62,806 nt of DNA from Acidobacteriaceae bacterium (GCA_030041955.1 JASIAO010000105.1:1-62806), one strand, 5' to 3'; shown: positions 8,773 through 19,040, counted from the stretch's first letter. The notes: generated by a model from the sequence alone, not told the origin. Numbers and translations are program-made.

Positions 8773-11700
8773 GATGCAACCTCCTGTGCGGGTTGGCTGA
8801 CCTGCGCATGGCGCTCGTGCAGCATGTAATAGAGCACCGGAACCGCGGGCCAGGAAAGAAAAGTGGAGGCGACGCCGCCCGCAATCAGCGAGAGGCCGAG
8901 GCCCTGGAAGATGGGATCGGCAAGAATGACGCTGGCTCCGACGATCACTCCGGCCGCGGTCAGCAGCACGGGACGCAGGCGCACCGCGCCGGCGTCGATG
9001 ACGGCTTCCCTGAGGGGCATGCCCTGACCGCGGCGCAGCTCGATGAAATCGACCACGAGGATGGAATTGCGCACGATGATGCCGGCTCCGGCGATGAAGC
9101 CGATCATCGACGTCGCCGTGAAGAATGCGCCCAGCAGCGCGTGGGCCGGTAGAATGCCCACCAGTGTCAGCGGGATCGGAATCATGATGACCAGCGGCAC
9201 GCTGAACGACTTGAACCAGCCGACGACCAGAACGTAGATGAGGATGAGCACAGCGGCGAAGGCGAGGCCGAGATCGCGGAAGACCTCGATGGTGATCTGC
9301 CATTCGCCATCCCATTTCATGGAGTATGTATCGGTGGACTGCGGCTGGTCGCCGTTGTAGATCGCCAGATGCGCGCCGTCGGGCAGCGCGAGGCGGCGGA
9401 TGGAGCGGTTCATCTTCAGGATCGCGTACACCGGGCTTTCTTCGACACCAGCCACATCGCCTGTGACATAGACCACGCGCTTCAGGTTCTTGTGGTAGAT
9501 ATCGGGCTGAAGCGTGGTTTGCTGCACGTCCACCAGTTCGCGGAGCGAAACCATGCTGCCGTCCGCGCCGCGCAGGTGGATGCTTTCGAGACCATCGAGA
9601 GACGAGCGCTCGGGCCGGGAGAACTGGACGATCGTGGGGATCGCCTCGCGCGAATCAGGGACATGCAATAACCCGGCCGGTGTGCCGGAGGCGGCGAGAG
9701 CCAGCGTCTGCGCCACCTCGGCGACTGGGATTCCGTGCAGCGCAGCTTTCGCCTCATCGACGCGGAAATTGAGCTGCGGCTGCGCATCCTGCATATACCA
9801 GTCGGTATCGACGACGCCGGGGGTGCTCGTGAAGATGTGCCTGATCTTCCGCGCGACGGCGATCTGACCGTTGAGGCTGGGTCCGTAGACCTCTGCCACC
9901 AGCGTTTGCAGCACCGGCGGGCCGGGCGGTACTTCGGCGATCTGGATGCGCGCGCCATACACGGCGGCGATGCGGTCGAGTTCGGGGCGCAGGCGGCGGG
10001 CGATGGCATGGCTCTGCGCACTGCGCTCGCCAACGGGCAGCAGGTTCACCTGGATGTCGCCCTGATTGGGCTGGTGGCGGAGGTAATAATGTCGCACGAG
10101 TCCGTTGAAGTTATAGGGTCCCGAGGTTCCCGCGTAGATCTGGTAGTTTTCGACTTCCGGCTGATGGCTCAGATCGTCGCCCAGTGCCTGCGCAACGCGC
10201 GTGGTCTCTTCGAGCGGCGTGCCGTCGGGCATGTTGATGATCGCCTGGAATTCGCTCTTGTTGTCGAAGGGCAGCATCTTGACCAGAACCATCCTGAGTG
10301 GCACCAGAGCGCAGGCCATCAGCAGCAGCAGGACGACCGCGCCGAGAAACATCCAGCGATTTCGCGTCCTGCTCATGAGCCAGTGCATCACGCGGCGATA
10401 GAAGCGGGTGATCCAGCCCTCTTGTTCTGGTGTGAGCGTGTGCGCGCCAGCCAGATGTTTGCGGCCCAGCAGGCGCATGGCGGCCCAGGGCGACACGATC
10501 AAGGCCACAGCCAGGGAAAAGAGCATGGCCGTGGAGGCGCCCACCGGGATGGGCCGCATGTAGGGTCCCATGAGCCCGCGCACGGAGGCCATAGGCAGAA
10601 TGGCTGCGATGACGGTAAAGGTGGCGAGGATGGTGGGGTTGCCGACTTCCGCGACGGCCTCCACCGCAACCTGACTGAGCGGACGGCCGCGGTTGGTCGT
10701 CATACGGAAGTGCCGAACCATGTTTTCGACGACCACGATGGCGTCGTCGACCAGAATGCCGATGCTGAAAATCAACGCGAAGAGCGTGACCCGGTTGAGC
10801 GTGTAGCCCATCAGGTAGAAAATGGCGAGCGTCAACGCCAGCGTGACGGGGATGGCCAGCAGGACCACGCCCGATTCGCGCCAGCCGAGAAAGAGCGCGA
10901 TGAGCAGCGTCACGGAAAGTGTCGCCAGCAGCAGGTGCTTCAGCAGCGTGTCGGACTTTTCTTTCGCCGTCTTGCCATAGTTCCGCGTCGTCGTGATGTT
11001 CAGGTCGGAGGGCAGCCGGACGCCTTTCATCTCATTCACGCGGGCCAGGACGGCATTGGCAATGTCCGTGGCGTTCGTGCCTTTGCGCTTGGCGACGGCG
11101 ATGGTGACGGCGGGATAATCCTTCAGTGGCGCGTCGTGCGCGCTCGCTTGCGTGTCGCCGAAGAGCACGTAGTCGCTTGGCTCTGCCGGGCCATCGACGA
11201 TGTTGGACGCCACGTCGCGCAGATACACCGGCCGGCCTTGAGCGACGCCAACAACCACATTGCCTACGTCCTCCGTGTCGCGGAACAGATCGCCGGCATC
11301 GATGCGAATTTCCTGGTTGCCCTCGGCGAACTCGCCTGCCTGCGTGCGCGCGTTGGCGGCCTGCAGGCGCTGGACGACCTCCTCGGGCGAAACTCCGAAC
11401 CCTGCCAGCTTCGCGCTGTCGAGCACGACGCGCATCTCGCGAGGCTGCCCGCCGATCACCGTGGTCTCCGAGACGTCCGGTATTTGCCGGATCGTGTGCT
11501 GGACTTCGTCGGCTATCTGACGAAGCTGATAGCCGTTGTACTTCGCGCCCCACAGCGTGAGCGCCAGGATGGGCACGTCATCAATGAATTGCGCTTTGAT
11601 CATCGTCTGCGAAGCGCCCGGCGGCAGCACATTCCTGTTGGAATAGAGCTTGCTGTACACCTTGACGAGCGCATCTTCCTCCGGCGTTCCGACTTTGAAG

Positions 11701-12044
11701 CGCACGATGACGAGGCTCTCGCCCGGGCTGGAGATGGAGTAGACGTACTCCACGCCGGGAATCTCGTGCATCAGCCCCTCAATGGGGTTCGTAAGGCGCT
11801 CCTCGACCTCTCTGGGCGCGGAGCCGGGCAAAGCCGTCACCACGTCCAGCATCGGTACGAGAATCTGTGGGTCTTCCTCGCGGGGGATGGCGAGCACCGC
11901 GAACAGCCCCAGGACCAGCGATGCGGCAATCAGCAGCGGCGTGAGCCTGGAGTTGATGAACGCCCCGGCGACGCGCCCAGCGATGCCGGGCTGACAACCC
12001 GGTGCGGAAAATCCCGGTGCGCAGGTTTGGGGCTCCCCCTTCAT
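8769..12044 (-). CDS. Efflux RND transporter permease subunit (HAE1-like)
   Basis: 1091 aa with 12-TM RND architecture. The TM4 motif GILVDDAIVVVEN is the hydrophobe/amphiphile type rather than the CzcA type. ATGA overlap with the MFP gene. Confidence 0.92.
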   Translation of the reverse strand: MKGEPQTCAPGFSAPGCQPGIAGRVAGAFINSRLTPLLIAASLVLGLFAVLAIPREEDPQILVPMLDVVTALPGSAPREVEERLTNPIEGLMHEIPGVEYVYSISSPGESLVIVRFKVGTPEEDALVKVYSKLYSNRNVLPPGASQTMIKAQFIDDVPILALTLWGAKYNGYQLRQIADEVQHTIRQIPDVSETTVIGGQPREMRVVLDSAKLAGFGVSPEEVVQRLQAANARTQAGEFAEGNQEIRIDAGDLFRDTEDVGNVVVGVAQGRPVYLRDVASNIVDGPAEPSDYVLFGDTQASAHDAPLKDYPAVTIAVAKRKGTNATDIANAVLARVNEMKGVRLPSDLNITTTRNYGKTAKEKSDTLLKHLLLATLSVTLLIALFLGWRESGVVLLAIPVTLALTLAIFYLMGYTLNRVTLFALIFSIGILVDDAIVVVENMVRHFRMTTNRGRPLSQVAVEAVAEVGNPTILATFTVIAAILPMASVRGLMGPYMRPIPVGASTAMLFSLAVALIVSPWAAMRLLGRKHLAGAHTLTPEQEGWITRFYRRVMHWLMSRTRNRWMFLGAVVLLLLMACALVPLRMVLVKMLPFDNKSEFQAIINMPDGTPLEETTRVAQALGDDLSHQPEVENYQIYAGTSGPYNFNGLVRHYYLRHQPNQGDIQVNLLPVGERSAQSHAIARRLRPELDRIAAVYGARIQIAEVPPGPPVLQTLVAEVYGPSLNGQIAVARKIRHIFTSTPGVVDTDWYMQDAQPQLNFRVDEAKAALHGIPVAEVAQTLALAASGTPAGLLHVPDSREAIPTIVQFSRPERSSLDGLESIHLRGADGSMVSLRELVDVQQTTLQPDIYHKNLKRVVYVTGDVAGVEESPVYAILKMNRSIRRLALPDGAHLAIYNGDQPQSTDTYSMKWDGEWQITIEVFRDLGLAFAAVLILIYVLVVGWFKSFSVPLVIMIPIPLTLVGILPAHALLGAFFTATSMIGFIAGAGIIVRNSILVVDFIELRRGQGMPLREAVIDAGAVRLRPVLLTAAGVIVGASVILADPIFQGLGLSLIAGGVASTFLSWPAVPVLYYMLHERHAQVSQPAQEVAS

Positions 12045-13156
12045 GGCTGGACCTCGGTCGCGGTCTGGATGCGTTTGCCGGCCAAATCGCGGTCGCCGGG
12101 GTTGTTCACCAGCGTTTCGCCAGCGGCAACACCGGAGAGAATCTCCACTTGATCGCCGTGCCCGTTGCCGAGCGTGACGTAGCGGAGCTGCGCGATGCCG
12201 TGGGCGTCAAGCGCATAGACGCAATCGAGCGATCCGCGCAGCACGACGGCCGATTGCGGTACCAGAATCATGGAGCGCGAGGCGCCGGGGAACTGCACCG
12301 CGGCAAACATGCCGGCGCGCAGATTCTTCGTAGCCGGCAGGTCGAGCTTGACCTTAAAGCTGCGGCTGGCCGGGTCGGCGGCGGGAACGATTTGTGCCAC
12401 CTCGCTGTTCACTGTGCCGCTGACGCCATCGATGGCAACGGGCACAGTCATGCCCCGACGCACTGAAGCGATCATCGACTCATCCACGGATGTAACCACC
12501 TGCAGCGGCCCATCACGATCCACCTCGAGCAGCGGAGCTCCCGGCGAGGCCAGCGTTCCCGGATCGGCCAGGCGCGCCGTGATGACACCGGCAAAGGGCG
12601 CGTGAAGCGCGGTGTAGCCAAGCTGGATGCTCGCGCCGGCCACAGCCATTTTTGCCTGCTCCGTCTGCGCCTGGTAGGATTCAAGCCGCAACTGCGCCGC
12701 CTGCGAGCGCTTCTCCACCTCGTCGAACTCCTGCGGGCTGACGCTGTTTTCTTTTTTCAAGATCTCGTAGCGGGCCAGCGTTTCGGCAGCCAGTGACGCA
12801 TCAGACTGCGCGGCCATCTGCTGGCGGGTGGCGGCCTCAGCAGCGGCGTTGGCCTGATTCAGCGAGGAGCGCATGGCCGCATCGTCCAGCACCGCCAGCA
12901 GCTGCCCGGCGCGCACGCGATCGCCGGCTTGCACCAGCACCCGACGAATCTGTCCCGGCACCTGCGCGGAAATGGCCGCGGTCTCTTTTGCGCAAATAGT
13001 GCCGGTGGTGGAGATGCTCTCGGGCTCCGCGGCCGACACGCTGCGCACCAGTTCCGCCTGCACCGTGGCGGGCGCAGCCTCCGGCGCGCTGCCATGCGAA
13101 CATCCGGCAACAAGCAAGGGAACGATCAGAAGAGAGGGAAACAAGAAGCGGTTCAT
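12041..13156 (-). CDS. Efflux RND periplasmic adaptor (MFP) lipoprotein
   Basis: ATG at 13156 gives MNRFLFPSLLIVPLLVAGCS (lipobox), followed by biotinyl-lipoyl/coiled-coil/beta-barrel MFP features. ATGA overlap with the TolC gene. The upstream 149 codons of the raw ORF are rejected. Confidence 0.88.
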   Translation of the reverse strand: MNRFLFPSLLIVPLLVAGCSHGSAPEAAPATVQAELVRSVSAAEPESISTTGTICAKETAAISAQVPGQIRRVLVQAGDRVRAGQLLAVLDDAAMRSSLNQANAAAEAATRQQMAAQSDASLAAETLARYEILKKENSVSPQEFDEVEKRSQAAQLRLESYQAQTEQAKMAVAGASIQLGYTALHAPFAGVITARLADPGTLASPGAPLLEVDRDGPLQVVTSVDESMIASVRRGMTVPVAIDGVSGTVNSEVAQIVPAADPASRSFKVKLDLPATKNLRAGMFAAVQFPGASRSMILVPQSAVVLRGSLDCVYALDAHGIAQLRYVTLGNGHGDQVEILSGVAAGETLVNNPGDRDLAGKRIQTATEVQP

Positions 13157-14511
13157 TGCAGGGCCTCCGCGGAGTCGGGTGTGAGCTGGCCGGTGGCATA
13201 GAGCAGCGCGGCATAAGACACGGTATTGCCGTACACGGCGCGCCAATAGTCGTTCTGGCTCTGCCGCTGCGCATCGCCGGCGCGCAGCAGATCGGTCATG
13301 GTAGCCAAGCCTGCGTTGTAGCGGTTGCGCAGAATGCGCAGGCTCTCGGTGGATTGATCCACGGCGGCCTGCGCCGTGGCCACCATTCGCTCCGCGGTCT
13401 GGTGAGCGGTAAATGCGCGCTCCACGGCTAGCCGAATCTGCAAGGCGGACGCCTGCTCCTGTGCTTCCGCTCTTTGCTGTGCTGCCTGTTCCTGTTGCAG
13501 CCGCGCGCGCCGGGCCAGCGGCAGAATGTCGAAGGAGAGCTGAACGCCGGCCACCCAGTTGTCGCCGCCGTTGCCGGCAAAAGTCTGGCGATCCATTTCC
13601 CAATCGCCGTAAGCGCCAATCTGGGGCAGAAAGTCGGCTCTGGCGGCGTGAACAGCGGCTTGTTCCGCTTGCGTCGCGCTGCGCAACGCAAGCAGATCGG
13701 GCCGAGCCTTCAAACCGGCGGCGATATCGTCCGCGAGCGCTCCCTCAGGAAAGCTCGTTGCCTCAAGCGGCGCCAGTGTGGGGCGCGGAGTAACGATCTC
13801 CGTCCCACCCATCGCGGTCTCCAGTTCCTCCCACGCCGTGTCCTCTTCGCCTTCGGCGGCAATGCGCTCCTGCTGACGCTCGGCCAGGTTCACTTGCGCA
13901 GCCAGCAGATCGGAGTCGACCGCGAGCCCGGCCTTCACGTGCGCCTGCGCATCGTGGAGTAAAGCCCTGGCTGTCTCTTCCGCGTGCTGCGCAATGTCCA
14001 CTTGGCGCTGCGCGTAGAGAGCCGCCTGATACGCCTGCACCACCTGCAGAACGATGCCCTGGTTCACCACGCCGCTCATCTCGTCCGCGCTTCTTGCGCC
14101 CAATTGCGCGGCATGGATTCTGTCTTCCGTCGCCCACCCGTCAAAGAGACGCCACTGGCCGGTGAACCGCGTGGCAAAATTACTTACCGGCGCGGGCCGG
14201 TTGAGCGAGTTCAGCGCGAAGTCCGCCTGCGTGAACTGCTGCTGGCGCAGCCTGGCGCCGAAGACATAAACCGGATCGTTGCCGCGCGAAATGTCCTCGG
14301 TGAAATTGATCTGCGGCAGAAGCGCTGTCTTCGCCAGGCCGGAGTTCGCGGCCGCCTGTTGCAGACCGGCGCGCGCCGATGCGGCTTGCGGGCTCCGCTC
14401 CAGCGCGCGATCGATGGCCTGGCGCAGCGTGAACGTCTGCGCCAACACCGTGCGCGGCGCCGCGACCAGCAAAACTCCAGAAAGAAGAAGTATCCAACCT
14501 CGCCTGATCAT
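13153..14511 (-). CDS. TolC family outer membrane efflux protein
   Basis: Signal peptide MIRRGWILLLSGVLLVAAPRTVLAQ, followed by two repeated coiled-coil/beta halves typical of the OEP family. Confidence 0.85.
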   Translation of the reverse strand: MIRRGWILLLSGVLLVAAPRTVLAQTFTLRQAIDRALERSPQAASARAGLQQAAANSGLAKTALLPQINFTEDISRGNDPVYVFGARLRQQQFTQADFALNSLNRPAPVSNFATRFTGQWRLFDGWATEDRIHAAQLGARSADEMSGVVNQGIVLQVVQAYQAALYAQRQVDIAQHAEETARALLHDAQAHVKAGLAVDSDLLAAQVNLAERQQERIAAEGEEDTAWEELETAMGGTEIVTPRPTLAPLEATSFPEGALADDIAAGLKARPDLLALRSATQAEQAAVHAARADFLPQIGAYGDWEMDRQTFAGNGGDNWVAGVQLSFDILPLARRARLQQEQAAQQRAEAQEQASALQIRLAVERAFTAHQTAERMVATAQAAVDQSTESLRILRNRYNAGLATMTDLLRAGDAQRQSQNDYWRAVYGNTVSYAALLYATGQLTPDSAEALQ

Positions 14512-14631
14512 GATCTCCCGGCGCACTTTCGTTGTCGCAGGCGGAGGGCCTCGCAAAATCATGCGAGAGTCCGGGCCCGTGACGGCTCGAAGGTGCCTTT
14601 ACCCCTCTAAACGCCGGGAGGCGGCAGTTCG

Positions 14632-15492
14632 TTACAGGGAATTTTTGGTCAGCCGCAGATATTCCTCGGTGAGCAGGCGGCGGAGGATCGGCGAGCCCTC
14701 TGCCTCCGGACAAACCTTCAGCGCGCGGCAGCGGTCGATCGCCCGTTTCAGCTCCTGGATGAAGGCCACGCAGGCCGGGCAGCCTTCCATGTGGCGGCGC
14801 ATCCGGTCGCAGGATTCCGGTGGCAGGCGGTTGTCCAGATATTCCGAAAGATTTGCGAAGATCTGCCGGCAGTCGGCGGCCCGGTCCGCGGAGGACTTCG
14901 ATCTGCGCCGCTTCTGCGTCTTGCGGCTCCGGCGGCGGTCCATCTCCTTGTGCAGAAGCAGACGCGCGCGGTGCAGACGCACGCGAACCGTGCTCGCCTG
15001 GAGGGAAAGAATCCGCGCCACCTGCTCGGTTTCCAGCTCTTCCATATCGTGCAGCACAAGAACGATCCTCAACTGCGGGGGCAGATCGAGTACGGCTTCG
15101 TGAAGCAGACGATGCTGCTCACCGCTGACAACGGTCGATTCCGGATCCTTTTGCGAATCGGCCAGCAGCCAGCCCAACTCGTCCGCGGAAGGCATCAGGT
15201 CTTCCAGCGGTACGGCGCGCAGGTACGAGGCGCGGCGGCGGCTTTGAAGGCAGCGGTTCTTAGCCGCGGTGTAGAGCCATGCCGAGAGCGCCTTTGGGTC
15301 TTCAAGTTTGGCCAGATGAGGCAACGATTTCAGGAGGACTTCCTGAGCAGTGTCTTCGGCGTCCTCGCGATGTCCGCAGACCTTCATGCCAAACGAGAGC
15401 ACGGTCTTTTGCAGTGTTTCCAGTGCGCGCGAGACGGTTTGCGTATCCCCCCTGCGCAACCACTTCACCGCCTGTTCCAGCTCAGCACGCAA
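14632..15492 (-). CDS. ECF sigma-70 factor with a C-terminally fused ZAS (zf-HC2) anti-sigma-type domain
   Basis: Region 2 (DAEDTAQEVLLK..WLYTAAKNRC) and region 4 (LPPQLRIVLVLHDMEELETEQVARILSLQASTVRVRLHRAR) are present. A basic linker RRRSRKTQKRRRSKSS follows, then C208...H234-x3-C238-x2-C241 (DCRQIFANLSEYLDNRL...RRHMEGCPAC). No TM segment. Confidence 0.8.
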   Translation of the reverse strand: MRAELEQAVKWLRRGDTQTVSRALETLQKTVLSFGMKVCGHREDAEDTAQEVLLKSLPHLAKLEDPKALSAWLYTAAKNRCLQSRRRASYLRAVPLEDLMPSADELGWLLADSQKDPESTVVSGEQHRLLHEAVLDLPPQLRIVLVLHDMEELETEQVARILSLQASTVRVRLHRARLLLHKEMDRRRSRKTQKRRRSKSSADRAADCRQIFANLSEYLDNRLPPESCDRMRRHMEGCPACVAFIQELKRAIDRCRALKVCPEAEGSPILRRLLTEEYLRLTKNSL

Positions 15493-15661
15493 CTCAGGCC
15501 TCCCGAAGCAGACCCTTCATTGTAAAAGGGAACGGTGCTCCGTAATCCAACCAGTTGTCTTAGAGGCGGGCAGGGCGAATAGCAAACAGCCGCGGACTCG
15601 CAATGCGTGTTAAGGCTCAATCGGCCGGTATGCAGTGATGCGATCCAGCGCGGATCTCAAC

Positions 15662-15730
15662 TGTTGCCAGGACACACCATTCATTGAGCACAAGTCGATC
15701 AGTGTTCTCGGCAAGTGGTTGTAGAACGGC
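15662..15730 (+). repeat. Copy B of the ~70-nt direct repeat (partner of 5396-5469)
   Basis: Same orientation, same 18-nt perfect core and flanks. The reverse-strand reading gives ..LQPLAENTDRLVLNEW... Confidence 0.5.
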
Positions 15731-15828
15731 CATGTCGGACTTGTGCTTTGGGCGGCCGGACACGGTCCTCAGTGTGACGCTAGGTACCTAAATGTCGGCT
15801 TTGCTTCAGTATTCGTGCTGTGGAGGTC

Positions 15829-15960
15829 AAAAGTGACGCTTGCTCCCTATACGCGTGCGGGATCGGGGCTCTGAAACAAAGGATCGATCCGTACAGCGCC
15901 CGTGAACCACTCCGCGGGGCCTTTTCCCGAGCCCTGGCTTCCAACTCTCTTGATCTCCAT
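15829..15960 (-). pseudogene. Cupin-domain protein remnant (N-terminal 44 codons with an in-frame TAG)
   Basis: Reverse strand from ATG 15960 reads [43 protein letters not shown]. This is the conserved opening of small cupin proteins. The stop is at codon 38 and similarity is lost after VTF, so the metal-binding HxH region is absent. Confidence 0.6.
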
Positions 15961-16010
15961 GTATCTCTCTCTTTTTTGAAATTCCTTGATCGACGCTCCC
16001 AAGTCGGGTG

Positions 16011-16403
16011 CTATTCGCGAGGCATGACTTTGACTGTCGCAGAACGAGCGCTCGTGCCGATCATCGGCTTAAGGTATGGGCTGCCTTTGTATTTCGCTCG
16101 ATATGCGTCATCGATGCGGTCGTTGATAGGGCCAATCACCGGTTCGAAAGAAACTTCTTTCGTCAGTGCCGCTGCTGTGATCCTTCCCGCCCGCTGCCGC
16201 ATCGCAGCCTGATACCAACGAGAGCTTTGTCCGTTGTAGGCGCGAACGTAGAGTGAGTCATCGACTACAACGGACCAAATCCACGTTGGCGTGCCATATG
16301 TCGAGCCGTTCTCACGAAACGGTGAGATGTGCAAATCATCAGATTCGGCGATCTTGCGGAGTTCATCTTTTGACCAAGCGACCATTGATATTTCTCCTCG
16401 CAT
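16011..16403 (-). CDS. DUF2255 family protein
   Basis: ATG at 16403 has AAGGAG 6 nt upstream. [21 protein letters not shown]...[24 protein letters not shown]...DDAYRAKY matches the DUF2255 pattern. Confidence 0.7.
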   Translation of the reverse strand: MRGEISMVAWSKDELRKIAESDDLHISPFRENGSTYGTPTWIWSVVVDDSLYVRAYNGQSSRWYQAAMRQRAGRITAAALTKEVSFEPVIGPINDRIDDAYRAKYKGSPYLKPMIGTSARSATVKVMPRE

Positions 16404-16419
16404 CTTCAACTCCTTCTCT

Positions 16420-17717
<1,298 letters not shown>

Positions 17718-17775
17718 TTACAAAGATTAAGATGAATTCGTTGATGAAACAACCCGGTTGCAGTGGAAAAGTGTT

Positions 17776-17794
17776 ATGAATATCATTCATGAAT
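17776..17794. promoter_or_regulatory. Candidate LysR box (overlapping palindromes ATGAAT-ATC-ATTCAT and ATTCATGAAT)
   Basis: T-N11-A-type dyad in the divergent AKR/LysR gap, directly before the lysR-type start codon at 17796. Confidence 0.35.
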
Positions 17795-17795
17795 C

Positions 17796-18680
17796 ATGAG
17801 AAGCGACTTAGCAGAGCTCTCCGCATTCACAACGGTCTCTGAAGAGCGCAGTTTTACGCGCGCTGCCACCCGGCTAGGCATTTCACAATCTGCGCTTAGC
17901 CACTCCATGCGAGGACTCGAAAAGAGGTTGGGAATTCAGCTGCTCGCGCGCACCACCCGAAGCGTCTCTCCGACGGCCGCCGGTGCAGCGCTCCTCAAGG
18001 ACTTGGCGCCCGCCCTGGAACGAATCGAACGAGCCGTGGCGGAAGCGCGCAAGCAACGGGAAACTCCATCAGGCCGGATACGAATCATCATTCCGAGTAC
18101 GGCGACTAAGATGGTGATTCTCCCAAAGCTGGCTCGCTTCGCGCGCGCTTATCCAGAGATCGTGCTGGAGGTGACCTCTTCCAACGACCCGGTCGATCTC
18201 GTGGCCGGAGAGTACGACGCTGGCGTGCAGCTTGGTGAGTTCATCCAACGGGACATGATCGCCGTCCCCGTAACCAAAGAAATGCGTCTTGCGGTGGTTG
18301 GCTCTCCAGCGTACTTTGAAGCGAACTCCATACCGCGACGCCCGCAAGATCTGAAAGACCATGCCTGCATTGGGTTCCGCTTCAGCAACAGCCTCTATCG
18401 GTGGGAATTCGAAAAGGGCCGTAAAGCCCTCACGGTCAACCCTCAAGGCCCAGCATCCTTCGACGATCCAGACCTCGTTATCCGGGCGGTGCTGGACGGA
18501 GTAGGGATCGGGACAGCAATGGAAGAGACTCTCAGAGATTTGATTGCCGAGGGACGCTTGATTCAGGTCCTGAAAGACTGGTGCCCCTCATTCCCCGGAT
18601 ATTTTCTCTACTATCCCAGCCGCCGGAATCAACCCGCCGCTCTTGCGGCCTTGATCGACACGCTTCGACTGTCGAAGTAA
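17796..18680 (+). CDS. LysR family transcriptional regulator
   Basis: N-terminal HTH LSAFTTVSEERSFTRAATRLGISQSALSHSMRGLEKRLG plus a LysR substrate-binding domain. Divergent from the AKR gene. Confidence 0.9.
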   Translation: MRSDLAELSAFTTVSEERSFTRAATRLGISQSALSHSMRGLEKRLGIQLLARTTRSVSPTAAGAALLKDLAPALERIERAVAEARKQRETPSGRIRIIIPSTATKMVILPKLARFARAYPEIVLEVTSSNDPVDLVAGEYDAGVQLGEFIQRDMIAVPVTKEMRLAVVGSPAYFEANSIPRRPQDLKDHACIGFRFSNSLYRWEFEKGRKALTVNPQGPASFDDPDLVIRAVLDGVGIGTAMEETLRDLIAEGRLIQVLKDWCPSFPGYFLYYPSRRNQPAALAALIDTLRLSK

Positions 18681-18938
18681 CCACCCGACCCGCTGCTAAC
18701 GCACGCATGGCAATTGTCGCGTTCAGGCCGAATCGCTCACGCACTCCAATCGGCCGTCAGGTGATTCCGATGCGCAACGAAACTCGGTGGGGGCCGCCCC
18801 ACGGCCGCCGTCTCTCTTAGGTTTCAACCCCAAACCAACCCCAAATAGCAGGGCACGTGATGTACTTGTGGCTATTCACCGCTCTTGGCTAATCCCAACC
18901 GCGCTGTCCAACTCGTTGAAAATACGTTGATTGTATCC

Positions 18939-18983
18939 CTCATAACCCAAAGGTCGGTGGTTCAAATCCACCCCCCGCAACCA
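18939..18983 (+). pseudogene. 3' fragment of initiator tRNA-Met (anticodon loop to CCA); not an intact tRNA; putative att remnant
   Basis: CTCATAACCCAAAGGTCGGTGGTTCAAATCCACCCCCCGCAACCA is near-identical in layout to the 3' 45 nt of bacterial tRNA-fMet: CAT anticodon loop, AGGTC variable loop, T arm, CCCCGCA acceptor strand, A, CCA. The upstream 30 nt cannot pair (TATCC versus the required TTGGG; no TGCGGGG 5' acceptor strand). Confidence 0.7.
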
Positions 18984-19016
18984 ACCGAAGGCGCCCTTCG
19001 TCCGAGTTTCGAGCCA

Positions 19017-19040
19017 AATGCCCCTCGCGAGGGGCATTTT
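19017..19040 (+). terminator. Rho-independent terminator-like hairpin downstream of the tRNA fragment
   Basis: AATGCCCCTC-GCGA-GGGGCATT is followed by TTT. A second short hairpin CGAAGG-CGC-CCTTCG lies at 18986-19000. Confidence 0.5.

Noticed and set aside
9735-12152. 805-aa ORF on the + strand, antisense to the RND pump gene
   Set aside because: This is a shadow ORF typical of GC-rich DNA. It lies fully inside a strongly recognisable RND gene. Its translation is Arg/Gly/His/Asp-rich low-complexity sequence with no recognisable domain or RBS.
13157-13603. 149-codon N-terminal extension of the MFP ORF. Analogous long extensions were trimmed at the raw ORFs 21923..23512 (hyhL), 23224..24126 (hyhS), 24012..25196 (hyhG), 26772..27956 (DUF362), 32490..34463 (Memo-AMMECR1) and 38936..40069 (NrsF-like).
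   Set aside because: The extensions overlap the upstream genes. The internal starts produce proper signal peptides or lipoboxes, RBS motifs and ATGA/GTGA coupling with the upstream stop codons.
8769-14511. Heavy-metal (CzcCBA-type) efflux system, suggested by the neighbouring ars genes and the Cys-containing sigma factor
   Set aside because: The RND TM4 motif is GILVDDAIVVVEN (HAE1-like) rather than the HME-type motif. I have no sequence evidence for metal specificity.
18907-18983. Possible intact tRNA-Met gene
   Set aside because: Only the 3' 45 nt are tRNA-like. The 5' acceptor strand (TGCGGGG expected), the D arm and the 5' anticodon stem (TTGGG expected, TATCC found) are absent. I therefore report it as a fragment rather than a tRNA gene.
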